A stretch of DNA of 64,000 bases from Methanobacteriota archaeon (GCA_043799545.1 JAZDNO010000006.1:82091-146090), one strand, 5' to 3'; shown: positions 29,402-39,608, counted from the first letter of the stretch. Numbers and translations are program-made. The notes: generated by a model not told the origin, from the sequence alone.

Positions 29402-31312
29402 GTGCTTCAGGACGCTACCACGGAATCGAGCCTGGAAAAGATGAAGCTGCGCTACGCGGACAAGTTCGCCAGCGACGAGGCCATATTCAAGAACATACAC
29501 CGGGGCGACAGGATATTCATAAGCACCGGGTGCGGCGAGCCGGTCCATCTGGTCTCGCGGCTCATCGAGTACGTCAAAGACCACCCCAAGGCATTCTTCG
29601 ACGCGGAGGTTCTGCACATCTGGACGCTCGGCGTGGCGCCGTACGCGGACGAGAAATTCAAGACCAACTTCAGGCACAACGCATTCTTCATAGGCGACAG
29701 CACCCGCGAGGCAGTGAACTCGGGGATGGCCGACTACACCCCGATATTCCTCTCCCAGGTGCCGGACCTGTTCCGCAGAAAGCTCGTCCACACGGACGTG
29801 GCGCTGATACAGACTTCGATTCCCGACGCGCACGGTTACATGAGCCTCGGCGTGAGCGTCGACATCACCAAGGCAGCTTGCGAGGGGGCGAAGATGGTGG
29901 TCGCGCAGATAAATCCCAATATGCCGCGAGTCCACGGTGACACCTTCGTCCACATAGAGGACATGGACTACCTCGTCTACCACGAGGAGCCGCTCCTTGT
30001 CTACGAGCCCACGATTGTGGACGAGGTCGCCCAGAGGATAGGCAAGTACGTGGCGCGAATCGTCGAGGACGGTGACACCATCCAGGTGGGCTACGGCAGT
30101 CTCCCTAACGCGATAATGAGCAACCTTGGGGGAAAGAAGCACCTCGGGGTGCACACGGAGCTGCTCTCGGACGGGCTGGCCAGCCTCATGAGGGCGGGGG
30201 TCGTGGACAACACCATGAAGACAATAGACAAAGGGAAAACCGTGGCGACTTTCTGCATGGGCTCCAGGCACACGTACGAGTACATCCACGACAACCCCTC
30301 CGTGGAGTTCAAGCCGATAGACTACACCAACAACCCCCTCGTCATCGCGCGGAACGAGAACATGGTGGCAATCAACAGCGCCCTCCAGATAGACCTGACG
30401 GGCCAGTCGACGGCCGAATCTCTCGGCAAGACGCTCTACAGCGGCGTCGGTGGCCAGGCGGACTTCATGAGGGGGGCGGTCCTCTCCAAGGGAGGGAAGA
30501 CTATTCTGGCGTTGCAGTCGACCGCCCAGGAAGGTGCGGCCTCCCGCATCGTTCCCACGATAATGGAGGGCTCCGGAATCACGCTGGTAAGGGGCGACAT
30601 CCATTACGTGGTCACCGAGTACGGCATCGCATATCTCCACGGAAAGAACGTCCGGGAGAGGGCCATGGACCTCATCGCAATCGCGCATCCCAAGTTCCGC
30701 TCTTGGCTCATCGAGGAAGCAAAGAAGAACGGCTTCATTTACAAGGACCAGGCGTTCATACCCGGCAAAAAGGGAGAGTATCCCGAGGAGATGGAAATCT
30801 ACAAAACTACCAGGGCGGGCGAGAACATATTCATGAGGCCGGTCAAGATAAGCGACGAGCCGTTGCTGAAGGAGTTCTTCTACTCGCTCTCAGACCAGAG
30901 CATCTACCGCAGGTTCATCTCCATGCGCAAGGACATGCCGCACGAGCGCCTCCAGGAGTTCTGCATCATCGACTACACGAAGGAGGTTCTCATCCTCGCT
31001 GTGAAGCAGTCGGAGCACCAGGACCATGAGGAAATCGTCGGGGTGGGCCAGTACGGCATAGACGAGGGAGCGCACTCGGCGGAGATAGCGTTCGTCGTGA
31101 GGGACGACTACCAGAACAAGGGAGTCGGCTCCGAGCTTCTCGCGTACCTGACGCTCCTCGCGAGGAAGCAGGGGCTTCTCGGATTCACGGCAGAGGTTCT
31201 GATGGAGAACAAGCCGATGCTGCACCTTTTCGAGAGCGCTGGATTCGACGTGGACAAGCGGTTCAGCGACCAGGTTTACGAGCTGAGGATGACGTTCAGA
31301 GAGGCGAAATGA
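29402..31312 (+). CDS. Acetyl-CoA hydrolase/transferase-family domain fused to a C-terminal GNAT acetyltransferase domain
   Basis: The N-terminal about 430 aa carry CoA-transferase motifs (GDRIFISTGCGEP, SGVGGQADF). The C-terminal about 170 aa are a GNAT fold with the acetyl-CoA-binding motif QNKGVGSELL. Confidence 0.65.
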   Translation: MLQDATTESSLEKMKLRYADKFASDEAIFKNIHRGDRIFISTGCGEPVHLVSRLIEYVKDHPKAFFDAEVLHIWTLGVAPYADEKFKTNFRHNAFFIGDSTREAVNSGMADYTPIFLSQVPDLFRRKLVHTDVALIQTSIPDAHGYMSLGVSVDITKAACEGAKMVVAQINPNMPRVHGDTFVHIEDMDYLVYHEEPLLVYEPTIVDEVAQRIGKYVARIVEDGDTIQVGYGSLPNAIMSNLGGKKHLGVHTELLSDGLASLMRAGVVDNTMKTIDKGKTVATFCMGSRHTYEYIHDNPSVEFKPIDYTNNPLVIARNENMVAINSALQIDLTGQSTAESLGKTLYSGVGGQADFMRGAVLSKGGKTILALQSTAQEGAASRIVPTIMEGSGITLVRGDIHYVVTEYGIAYLHGKNVRERAMDLIAIAHPKFRSWLIEEAKKNGFIYKDQAFIPGKKGEYPEEMEIYKTTRAGENIFMRPVKISDEPLLKEFFYSLSDQSIYRRFISMRKDMPHERLQEFCIIDYTKEVLILAVKQSEHQDHEEIVGVGQYGIDEGAHSAEIAFVVRDDYQNKGVGSELLAYLTLLARKQGLLGFTAEVLMENKPMLHLFESAGFDVDKRFSDQVYELRMTFREAK

Positions 31313-33435
31313 TGGGCCGCGGCGCCGACGTCAGGACGCTTTTCGAGCCGCGCTCCGTTGCCATTTTCGGAGCCACGCCCGACAGGGATAAAATCGGCTT
31401 CAAGATACTGGACAACTTAGTGTCGGGGGGATTCAAAGGCGAGGTGTACCCCATCAACCCCAAGGGGGGCGAGGTGCTCGGGCTGAAGATTTACAAATCT
31501 CTGGACGAGGTCGAGGGCGATGTGGACATGGGCATCATCGCCATTCCCGCCAAGTTCGTCTTCGACGCGTTGAGGGCGTGCGCCATGAAGGGAGTCAGGC
31601 ACGTCCCTATAATATCGTCCGGTTTCAGCGAGATCGGCAACGGGGAGGAGGAGCGGGCGATGGCCCGGTTCGCCAGGGAGAACGGAATGCGCATCCTCGG
31701 ACCGAACATCTTCGGCATTTATTCCCGCTCCTCGTCTTTCAACGCGACGTTCGGTCCTAAGGACGTTACGCCCGGCGGCGTCGCAATAATCACCCAGAGC
31801 GGCGCGCTCGGCATCGCCATGATTGGAAAGTCGGCGGTGGAGAACGTCGGCCTTTCGTGCGTGGTTTCCATGGGTAACAAGGCGGACATCGACGAGGCGG
31901 ACCTGCTGGATTACATCGCCGAGGACGACAACACAAAGATTGTCCTGATGTACATCGAGGGCGTCCAAAACGGAGAGAAGCTCATAGCCTCTCTGCGGAA
32001 GTTCACGATGAGAAAACCCGTCGTCGTCATCAAGTCCGGGCGCTCGAAGCGCGGGGCGATGGCCGCGGCCTCGCACACCGGCTCCCTCGCAGGGAGCGAC
32101 GCGATATTCGACGCTGTGATGAGGCAGTGCGGCGTAATGCGCGCGGAAACTTTGAAGGACGCTTTCAACTGGTGCAAGTTCATCTCGTATTCAGCCACGC
32201 CGAAGGGAGAGAACGCAGTGATTGTCACAAACGGCGGGGGAATCGGGGTGCTCGCTACAGATGCTTGCGAAAAACACGGCGTCAGGCTCTACGACGACCA
32301 GCAAGTCCTGAAAAACGCCTTCGGAAAGGTCACGCCCGAGTTCGGCTCGACCAAAAACCCGATAGACCTCACTGGCCAGGCGACGCCGGAGTTCTACGAC
32401 GACGCCCTGCAGGCCGGCATAGAAGGAAGAACGATAGATTCGGTCGTAGGGCTGTATTGCGAGACGGCGGTTTTCGACCCGGAGGGGCTAAAGCGTATGA
32501 TTGCCGACGCGTATCGCAAATACGCGAAAGCCGGCAAGCCAGTCGTATTCTCGATTGTCGGCGGTCACAAGGTCGAGACATGCATCAGCTCGCTGAGCAA
32601 AGACGGGATTCCAATATTTCCCGAGGTCTACGAGGCAGTGTCGTGCCTCGGTGCGTCCTACGCCCACCGCAAGCGAGTCTCGGAGTCGGAGGAGCCGATG
32701 GCCGAGGTGGACATCGACGTCGACGCGATAGGAGAAGTCGCCTCCAAAGCCCGCGCGGAAGGGCGTTACTTCCTGCTATCCAACGAGGCGCAGGAGGTCA
32801 TGCGCGCCGCAGGAATCCAGCTCCCGAAGAGCCGCATCGCGAAGAGCATGGAAGAGGCAGTCCGATTCGCCAAGGGGATAGGTTATCCGGTCGTGATGAA
32901 GGTCGTTTCGAAGGACATCGTCCACAAGAGCGACGTGGGGGGTGTGGCGCTGGGCATAGACGACGAGCGCGAGGTCGTCGACGCATACCAGGCGATAATG
33001 CAGAGTTGCAAGTCCCACGATCCGACCGCGGTCATAGAGGGCATACAGGTCGACGAGATGGTGCGGGACGGGACGGAGATAATCGTAGGCGCACGCCGGG
33101 ACGGGGGTTTCGGTCCAGTGGTCATGTGCGGCCTCGGGGGCATCTACGTCGAGGTGATGAAAGACGTTGCCTTCAGGGCATTCCCCCTGAGCAGGAAGGA
33201 GGCGATGTCGATGATAAAGGAGATAAAAACCTACCAGCTCCTCCTGGGCGCAAGGGGCGAGGAGCGAAAGGACATCGAAGGGGTAATAGAAACCCTTATC
33301 AAACTCGGAACGATAATCAAGAGATGCCGGGGCATCTCCGACATAGAGGTCAACCCCGTGATGGTATACGAGAGCGGGAAAGGAGTGAAAGCCGTCGACG
33401 TGAGGATTCTCCTTTCGAAGCAGGAGGCGGGTTAG
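31309..33435 (+). CDS. ADP-forming acetyl-CoA synthetase, fused alpha-beta (CoA-binding/succinyl-CoA-synthetase-like domain plus ATP-grasp domain)
   Basis: N-terminal CoA-binding Rossmann domain (SVAIFGATPDRDKIGFKIL), the SCS-like phosphohistidine region (AAASHTGSLAG), and a C-terminal ATP-grasp domain (GYPVVMKVVSKDIVHKSDVGGV). Confidence 0.75.
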   Translation: MMGRGADVRTLFEPRSVAIFGATPDRDKIGFKILDNLVSGGFKGEVYPINPKGGEVLGLKIYKSLDEVEGDVDMGIIAIPAKFVFDALRACAMKGVRHVPIISSGFSEIGNGEEERAMARFARENGMRILGPNIFGIYSRSSSFNATFGPKDVTPGGVAIITQSGALGIAMIGKSAVENVGLSCVVSMGNKADIDEADLLDYIAEDDNTKIVLMYIEGVQNGEKLIASLRKFTMRKPVVVIKSGRSKRGAMAAASHTGSLAGSDAIFDAVMRQCGVMRAETLKDAFNWCKFISYSATPKGENAVIVTNGGGIGVLATDACEKHGVRLYDDQQVLKNAFGKVTPEFGSTKNPIDLTGQATPEFYDDALQAGIEGRTIDSVVGLYCETAVFDPEGLKRMIADAYRKYAKAGKPVVFSIVGGHKVETCISSLSKDGIPIFPEVYEAVSCLGASYAHRKRVSESEEPMAEVDIDVDAIGEVASKARAEGRYFLLSNEAQEVMRAAGIQLPKSRIAKSMEEAVRFAKGIGYPVVMKVVSKDIVHKSDVGGVALGIDDEREVVDAYQAIMQSCKSHDPTAVIEGIQVDEMVRDGTEIIVGARRDGGFGPVVMCGLGGIYVEVMKDVAFRAFPLSRKEAMSMIKEIKTYQLLLGARGEERKDIEGVIETLIKLGTIIKRCRGISDIEVNPVMVYESGKGVKAVDVRILLSKQEAG

Positions 33436-34470
33436 ATGGAAAAGCTGGTCATAGCGTCTGTCAGGAAGAGCGCCGGGAAAACGTCCGTCATCATCGGAAT
33501 GGCAAAGTCGTTGAAGGGGAAGCCGGGATACATGAAGCCCTTCGGGGACCGCCTTCTGTACAAGAAGAAGCGCCTGTGGGATTACGATGCCGCGCTGGCG
33601 ACCAACATGCTGGGGCTGGATCAGGACCCGGAAAACATCACCATCGGCTTCGAGCACTCCAAGCTGAGGTACATGTACGACGAGAAGGCAACGAAGGATA
33701 AGCTGGTCGAGATATCCGCGTGCGCCAGCAAAGGGAAGGAAACGCTCTTTGTCGAGGCCGGAAGGGACCTGTCGTACGGCGTTTCTGTTGGACTGGATGC
33801 GATTTCAATCGCTAAGGCGATAGACGGCAAGGCCGTCGTAATAGTCAGCGGCGACCCAGAGTCGGTCGTGGACGACGTGACCTTCCTGGACAAGTACGTG
33901 AACGCCAAGGGCGCGCGCCTCGCGGGAGTGATAATCAACAAGGTACAGGACGTGCAGGATTTCGGGGACACCTACCTGCCTCGCATCGAGGGAGTGGGCA
34001 TACCGGTCCTCGGGATGCTCCCCCACCACCCGGAGCTGTCCAAATTCTCCGTGAGCTACCTGGCCGACCGCCTTTTTGCGAAGGTCATCACAGGCGAGGG
34101 GAACATGGGCCGGACAGTGGACAACGTATTCATCGGCGCCATGTCGGCGACGGCCGCGATGCAGAACGCGCAGTTCAAGAAGGGCGGGAAGCTCATCATC
34201 ACCAGCGGGGACAGGAGCGACATGATTGTGGCGGCGCTGGAAACGGACACGGCAGCGGTGATAATCACCAACAACGTGCTCCCGTCTTCGAGCATCATAT
34301 CAAAGGCCGCCGAGCGGAACGTGCCGCTGCTGGTCGTGCCCGGGGACACCTACGGCACCGCGAGGCAAATCGAGGGCATGGAACCCCTTCTCACCAAGGA
34401 CGATACGGGAAAGGCGGAGCTGCTGGCAGAGAGCGTGAGGAAGAACATCAACATGAAGGCGCTGCTGTAA
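33436..34470 (+). CDS. Phosphotransacetylase N-terminal-domain-like protein (BioD-like P-loop plus DRTGG domain), no catalytic Pta domain
   Basis: N-terminal P-loop-like VIASVRKSAGKTSV and the DRTGG-type motif ITSGDRSDMIVAALE. Length 344 aa. Starts 1 nt after the acetyl-CoA synthetase stop. Confidence 0.55.
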   Translation: MEKLVIASVRKSAGKTSVIIGMAKSLKGKPGYMKPFGDRLLYKKKRLWDYDAALATNMLGLDQDPENITIGFEHSKLRYMYDEKATKDKLVEISACASKGKETLFVEAGRDLSYGVSVGLDAISIAKAIDGKAVVIVSGDPESVVDDVTFLDKYVNAKGARLAGVIINKVQDVQDFGDTYLPRIEGVGIPVLGMLPHHPELSKFSVSYLADRLFAKVITGEGNMGRTVDNVFIGAMSATAAMQNAQFKKGGKLIITSGDRSDMIVAALETDTAAVIITNNVLPSSSIISKAAERNVPLLVVPGDTYGTARQIEGMEPLLTKDDTGKAELLAESVRKNINMKALL

Positions 34471-34522
34471 ATCTTTATCACATCTCGTTCAATGGCTCGG
34501 GACTCGAAGATAACCAGTGCCC

Positions 34523-35152
34523 CTAGTCCATAAAAATGTATCCGGACACGATGTGGATGTCGAGCTCCACGGTACCCGAAGGAACGGCATCTGAGCTTCT
34601 CAGAGGGTTGTCCGTGTTGTCGAACACTACGATTAGGTTGTACGATCCCGCCGTCTGAAATTCGCAGGCCTGGGAGAGCGTGTCCTCGTCCTCCCACATC
34701 TCGGTTGCCGAGAACACGGCAGGCGTGTAATTGCCGTACGTCCCGTCGTACTGCGGCGCGTTCATCAGATACACGTCGACGTTCGAGCCAGATGTCACGT
34801 TCATGAATATCCATACCTTAGAGGGGGACCAGCCGGCGTCTACTTTGAAGTGCGCCCCCTCCGAGAGTGTGACGCTGCCTTCAAAGACATCGCTGGTCCC
34901 GCCCTGGTCGAAGCTGGACAGAGCGACGAAGAAGACGGCCGCGGGGATGACGATCATGATTAGCAGTAAAACCACTGCGACTATCGTGGTTCCCTTGATG
35001 CGGTCGTCCCTCGGCGGTTGGAGCGGCGGGTACGGGGGGTAGGGCGCGTAATACGGCGGGTAGTAGTAGGAAGGCGCCTGGATTGGCTGCTGCAGCGGTT
35101 CCTGAACCGGCATTTGACTAACGTCCGGACCCACATTGTTTTCACCGGTCAT
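34523..35152 (-). CDS. Single-pass membrane protein with a P/Y-rich N-terminus and an extracytoplasmic beta-rich domain
   Basis: YYYPPYYAPYPPYPP low-complexity N-terminus, one TM helix (TIVAVVLLLIMIVIPAAVFFV), and a C-terminal about 140-aa domain. No recognisable enzymatic motifs. Confidence 0.35.
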   Translation of the reverse strand: MTGENNVGPDVSQMPVQEPLQQPIQAPSYYYPPYYAPYPPYPPLQPPRDDRIKGTTIVAVVLLLIMIVIPAAVFFVALSSFDQGGTSDVFEGSVTLSEGAHFKVDAGWSPSKVWIFMNVTSGSNVDVYLMNAPQYDGTYGNYTPAVFSATEMWEDEDTLSQACEFQTAGSYNLIVVFDNTDNPLRSSDAVPSGTVELDIHIVSGYIFMD

Positions 35153-35197
35153 GCATCATCAATGCTCCGCTGCGTTATTAAATTTTATGGATTCAGC

Positions 35198-35662
35198 TCA
35201 CTCTATCATGTTCTGGTCAGGCCTGTCGACGACCCTGTCGCAGTAGAGGCACCTGAGCTTCACTGGCTCCTTCGACTCGACTGTGAAAGAGGGCTCTATC
35301 GGCTCGTTGAGGTTGGAGATGCAGGACTGGTTGGGGCAGCGCACTATCCCTTTAACGAGCTCAGGGAGATCCGGCGTGTACTTCTTGATGACCTCGAAGT
35401 TGCGGATGATGCTTATCGTGGCGTGCGGCGCCACGAGCGCAATCTGGTTCACCTCGCGTTGCTTCAGCTCCCTGCCCTCGACCTTGACGATGTCCTTCCA
35501 CTTCTGCTTCTTGCTCGGGGCCTTGATGAGGACCGTCACGGTCCATTCCGGCGCACCCGAGACGAGCCCCATTATCTTCAGAACCTTGAGCGCGTTCCCG
35601 CATTCGATGTGGTCGATTACAGTCCCGTTCTCAATCGGCGGGACCTTCATGTCCTTGCCCAT
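35198..35662 (-). CDS. pyrI: Aspartate carbamoyltransferase regulatory subunit
   Basis: C-terminal Zn domain with CPNQSC...CLYC cysteines. Immediately downstream of pyrB. Confidence 0.85.
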   Translation of the reverse strand: MGKDMKVPPIENGTVIDHIECGNALKVLKIMGLVSGAPEWTVTVLIKAPSKKQKWKDIVKVEGRELKQREVNQIALVAPHATISIIRNFEVIKKYTPDLPELVKGIVRCPNQSCISNLNEPIEPSFTVESKEPVKLRCLYCDRVVDRPDQNMIE

Positions 35663-36592
35663 TCAGTCCACCTCCCCCAGGACCAGTGCCAGGAGCGCCA
35701 TTCTCACAGGCACGCCGTAGAACGCCTGCTTGAAGTACATCGCATGCTTCGTCGAATCGACGTCCGGCGATATCTCCGTCACCCTCGGCAGGGGATGCAT
35801 GACAATGAGCTTCTCACCGGCGCACTTGAGCAGTTCCGCGTTGACCTGGTACGTGCCTGCGACGCGCTGGTATTCGTTCGGGTCGGGGAACCGCTCCTTC
35901 TGTATCCTCGTCACGTAAAGGGCGTTCGCCTCCTTCACAGCCTCGTCCAGCCTCGTCGTGGTTTTCAGCTCGGCTCCCTGGGCGTTCAGCCTGTCCATTA
36001 TCTCCTTCGGCATCTGCAGTTCCTTCGGGGCCACGAAGATTAGCTTTGCGCCGAACATCGCCAGCGCGTACGCAAGGGAGTGCACGGTCCTGCCGTACTT
36101 GAGGTCGCCGACCATGGCTATGGTCTTGCCGTCTATGGCGCCGAGCTCCTCCCGGAGGGTGAACAAATCGAGCATCGTCTGCGTCGGATGCTGGCCAGCG
36201 CCGTCGCCGGCGTTGATGACCGGCTTGGAGCAGAACTCCGCGGCAAGCCTGGCCGCGCCCTCGTGCGGGTGCCTAAGCACCATCGCGTCCGAGTAAGCCT
36301 CGGCCATCTTCGCCGTGTCGGCGAGAGTCTCGCCCTTCTTCATCGATGTGACGTTCGGGTCTGCGAAACCTATGTATCGTCCGCCGAGCCTGCAAATCGC
36401 GCTCTGGAAAGAGAGCCTGGTGCGCGTGCTGGGTTCGTAGAAGAACGTCGACAGAACGTGGTTCCCCAGCATGTTGCTGCGCTTCTTTCCCTCGGCGATG
36501 GGCAGCATCTCCCTCGCGACGTCGAGGATGTGCTCTATATCCTGGCGCGAAAATTCCCGAATGGACACGATGTCCCGGCCCTTGAAGCTCAT
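35663..36592 (-). CDS. pyrB: Aspartate carbamoyltransferase catalytic subunit
   Basis: STRTR carbamoyl-phosphate-binding motif, HPxQ and HPLP motifs. 309 aa. Confidence 0.9.
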   Translation of the reverse strand: MSFKGRDIVSIREFSRQDIEHILDVAREMLPIAEGKKRSNMLGNHVLSTFFYEPSTRTRLSFQSAICRLGGRYIGFADPNVTSMKKGETLADTAKMAEAYSDAMVLRHPHEGAARLAAEFCSKPVINAGDGAGQHPTQTMLDLFTLREELGAIDGKTIAMVGDLKYGRTVHSLAYALAMFGAKLIFVAPKELQMPKEIMDRLNAQGAELKTTTRLDEAVKEANALYVTRIQKERFPDPNEYQRVAGTYQVNAELLKCAGEKLIVMHPLPRVTEISPDVDSTKHAMYFKQAFYGVPVRMALLALVLGEVD

Positions 36593-36675
36593 GTCAACCG
36601 GGAAAGGTGTAAGGTCATTTACGATATTACCCTTTGTGAGGAAGCGTTAAATCAGGACTTGCCTTTACGAGCACG

Positions 36676-38049
36676 ATGCCTGAAGCGCAGAAGCCGAGCG
36701 GTTTTGAGAAAGCCTCGACGGTGCTGGCCCCGACGCTCAACACCCTCGTTTTTATAATAATCGCCCGTGAGCTGGGCGCCGAATCCCTGGGCTCCGTGGC
36801 GCTGTATCTGTCTTTGGCGGCTTGCATAACGCTCTCCTTCGACCTCGGTCACGCCTGGGGAGGTGCGGGCGGGAGATCTTTGCGCGCGCTGGTGCACCTC
36901 TCGTTCACGATGGCGGGTTTCGTGCTGGCGGCCGTGGGATGGCTGGTCGTCGGATGCGACTGCATCATCGCGCTTGGGCTTTACGCCGCTTACCACGGCG
37001 CGACTTCCGCTGCAATCGCCATTTCGCAGGATGGCGGAACCTCGGCGAAGGCGGGGCTGGCAGACGGAATCTTGCGCGTCGCAATTCTCGCGCCGCTTAT
37101 TTACGTATTTTGGGAAGGGGGATCAGGACCCTTGACCATTCCCATAGCTTTCATCTTCGCGGTTGGGGGGTTGGCGGCGCTGGCCGTTGCAACAGCTAGA
37201 TACACTCCGCTCAGCATCTCGGCTGCGCGCTCCGAGCTGGGCGAGGCATCTGGCGGCGCGTTTGCTTTCTCGATTCTCGCCGGCCTGATGATGTGGGTCG
37301 ACAAGCCCTTGCTTTACCTCCTGGATGGAGAAGTCTCGCTCGGTTTCTACTTTGCAGTCCAGCGAACAGTTGTCTTCATCGGTGCGGCTGGCGTGGTGAT
37401 TGCTGGCATGGTGTCGGGCAGGTTTTCTTTGATTGACCGAGAAGCGGGCAAGCGTTTGGCGACGCTGATGGAAAGGTACGCCTCGTTGTGCGTCATCCCC
37501 ATGGGAGCGTTCTACATCGCCTTTTCCAGGCAAATCGTGGCGACCTTCTTCGGGATGGGCTATGCCGCGCACCACGCGCTCATGTATCCGATGGCGTTTG
37601 CCGGAGTTTTTACCGCACTGGCATCTCCGTCTTTATCGTGGCTTGCGAGCGATTCCAAGTGGCGCGCACTTGCCGTTGCCGCTGGCTCAGCACTAACGGT
37701 ATTAGTATGCCTCGCAGTGGCGTTGCTGGAGTCGGAGATCATCGAAGACCCGTCGACAGCGGCGGCGGTCGGCTGCGCCATTTCATCGCTCGCTCTCTAC
37801 GTGTCGGTGCGCGCGATTCTCCTGCGCGATGGCGTGCGGATGCATGGAAACATGCCCAAGCACGTCGCATGCGCCGTTGGAATGGCCATCTCTTTGCATT
37901 GGGTCTCAACCAGCTTCGCAGCATTGGGGCTCGCAGAGCTGGTGTTTTTAGCGCTCGCAGGCGTCCTTGTCTACGGTTTGCTGCTCTACCTCTTCGGAGA
38001 ATTCATGCAGGGTGAATACGGCGAGTTCAAGGCATTGCGCGGGGTGTGA
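36676..38049 (+). CDS. Polytopic membrane protein, possibly a MOP/Wzx-type flippase-like transporter
   Basis: 457 aa with about 12 to 14 hydrophobic helices and few charged residues. The assignment is by topology only. Confidence 0.35.
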   Translation: MPEAQKPSGFEKASTVLAPTLNTLVFIIIARELGAESLGSVALYLSLAACITLSFDLGHAWGGAGGRSLRALVHLSFTMAGFVLAAVGWLVVGCDCIIALGLYAAYHGATSAAIAISQDGGTSAKAGLADGILRVAILAPLIYVFWEGGSGPLTIPIAFIFAVGGLAALAVATARYTPLSISAARSELGEASGGAFAFSILAGLMMWVDKPLLYLLDGEVSLGFYFAVQRTVVFIGAAGVVIAGMVSGRFSLIDREAGKRLATLMERYASLCVIPMGAFYIAFSRQIVATFFGMGYAAHHALMYPMAFAGVFTALASPSLSWLASDSKWRALAVAAGSALTVLVCLAVALLESEIIEDPSTAAAVGCAISSLALYVSVRAILLRDGVRMHGNMPKHVACAVGMAISLHWVSTSFAALGLAELVFLALAGVLVYGLLLYLFGEFMQGEYGEFKALRGV

Positions 38050-38055
38050 GGAATC

Positions 38056-38496
38056 TCATTTGCAGCCCTTGCAGCTGTCGTGCCCGTCTTGATGGCAATC
38101 GATGTCGCGCGGGGCTGGCCTGGGCTTCCCATCTTTCCTGGCTCTGTAATCCTCGATTGCAGCGTGTAGGGCATCCGCGGCGAGGTTCGAGCAGTGCATC
38201 TTGATTGGCGGCAGTCCGTCAAGCGCTCCCGCGACGTCTCCGCGCGTTATCCTGATGGCTTCGTCGAGCGTCTTGCCCTTTGCAAGCTCCGTGGTCATGC
38301 TGCTGGTGGCAATTGCGGCGGCGCATCCGAAAGTCTTGAACTTGATATCCTCAATGACTCCGTCCTTCACCTTGATGTACATTGTCATCAGGTCGCCACA
38401 GGTCGGGTTTCCCACCTCTCCGACCCCGTCCGCATCCGGGATCTCGACGACGTTCTTCGGGTTCTTGAAATGCTCCATGACCTTTTCGCTGTACAT
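38056..38496 (-). CDS. IscU/NifU-type Fe-S cluster assembly scaffold with a Cys/His-rich C-terminal tail
   Basis: Three conserved scaffold cysteines in context (NPTCGDLM, FGCAAAIATSS, HCSNLA), plus a C-terminal CHQDGHDSCKGCK extension. Confidence 0.75.
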   Translation of the reverse strand: MYSEKVMEHFKNPKNVVEIPDADGVGEVGNPTCGDLMTMYIKVKDGVIEDIKFKTFGCAAAIATSSMTTELAKGKTLDEAIRITRGDVAGALDGLPPIKMHCSNLAADALHAAIEDYRARKDGKPRPAPRDIDCHQDGHDSCKGCK

Positions 38497-38598
38497 ACTC
38501 CTCCCAAAGGAGCCGTCTCATTAATAATTTCCCCCGCCGCGCAAAGGAATGGATTGGCAACCGTAAAATACTCAGACCTCGATGTGGGCTCAGCCTAG

Positions 38599-39495
38599 GT
38601 GATCGTCATGGATGAGATGAGCATATACATAGACGGAAAGTACTACCCGAAAGCGCAGGCCAAGATATCGGTTTACGACCACGGCCTGCTTTACGGGGAC
38701 GGGATTTTCGAGGGAATTCGAATATACGACGGTAATATATACCGATTGAATTCGCATCTTGAGCGGCTTTACGAGTCTGCCAAGACGATAATGCTGACAA
38801 TCCCTATGAGCATCGATGAGCTGAGGGATGCGTGCGTCGCGACCGTGAAGAAGAACGGCCTCCGCGATGCGTACATACGCCTGATGGTCACAAGGGGAGT
38901 GGGGGATCTGGGCCTTGACCCGAGGAAGTGCCCCAGGGCGACCGTGATAATCATCGTGGACCGCATCAAGATGTTCCCTGCGGAGTATTACACCAAAGGT
39001 TTGGAGGTCGCCACCGTGCCGACGACCAGGAACATGTCCGACGCCCTCAACCCGAAGATCAAGTCGTTAAACTACCTCAACAACGTCATGGCGAAGATAG
39101 AGGCGAACAACATGGGCGTGCCAGAGGGTCTATTGCTCAGCGCCCAGGGCTATGTGACCGAGGGGACGGGGGACAACATCTTCATAATCCGGGACAAGAT
39201 ACTCCAGACTCCGCCGACGTACGACGGCGCTCTGGCCGGCATAACCCGCAGCTCCATCGTCTACATGGCCAAAGACCTGGGCTACACATGCGAAAAGAAA
39301 ACCCTGACCCGCCACGACCTCTATAACGCTGAGGAGTGCTTCTTGACCGGGACAGCCGCAGAGCTAATCCCGGTCGTCAAAATCGATGGCAGGGTCATAG
39401 GAACGGGAAAGCCCGGGCCGATATTCAAGAAGCTTCTCGCAGAGTTCAGGAAGCTGACGAAGGTGGATGGTTACAGGGTGTACAAGAAGAAATAA
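38599..39495 (+). CDS. ilvE: Branched-chain amino acid aminotransferase (fold-type IV PLP enzyme)
   Basis: The class-IV aminotransferase motifs GIFEGIRIYDG, the catalytic-Lys region, and EGTGDNIFII are present. The start may instead be the ATG at 38611. Confidence 0.8.
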   Translation: MIVMDEMSIYIDGKYYPKAQAKISVYDHGLLYGDGIFEGIRIYDGNIYRLNSHLERLYESAKTIMLTIPMSIDELRDACVATVKKNGLRDAYIRLMVTRGVGDLGLDPRKCPRATVIIIVDRIKMFPAEYYTKGLEVATVPTTRNMSDALNPKIKSLNYLNNVMAKIEANNMGVPEGLLLSAQGYVTEGTGDNIFIIRDKILQTPPTYDGALAGITRSSIVYMAKDLGYTCEKKTLTRHDLYNAEECFLTGTAAELIPVVKIDGRVIGTGKPGPIFKKLLAEFRKLTKVDGYRVYKKK

Positions 39496-39500
39496 TTAGG

Positions 39501-39521
39501 GCCACTGGAGGGATTTGAACC
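39501..39521 (-). repeat. 21-nt copy of the 3' end (T arm plus acceptor) of the adjacent tRNA-Thr
   Basis: gccactggagggatttgaacc is identical to 39610..39630. No complete cloverleaf could be folded around it. Confidence 0.5.
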
Positions 39522-39608
39522 GACGACCAGTTGGATAGCAATGCTATATGTCCCCTATGGTGGTCTAAGTTCAAATCCCATCAAGCTAGGAGCGATATAA
39601 ATAAATTA

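Noticed and set aside
39520-39600. Possible plus-strand tRNA, suggested by GGTCTAAGTTCAAATCCCATC
   Set aside because: No complementary acceptor stem or T stem can be formed; this is only a T-loop-like motif.
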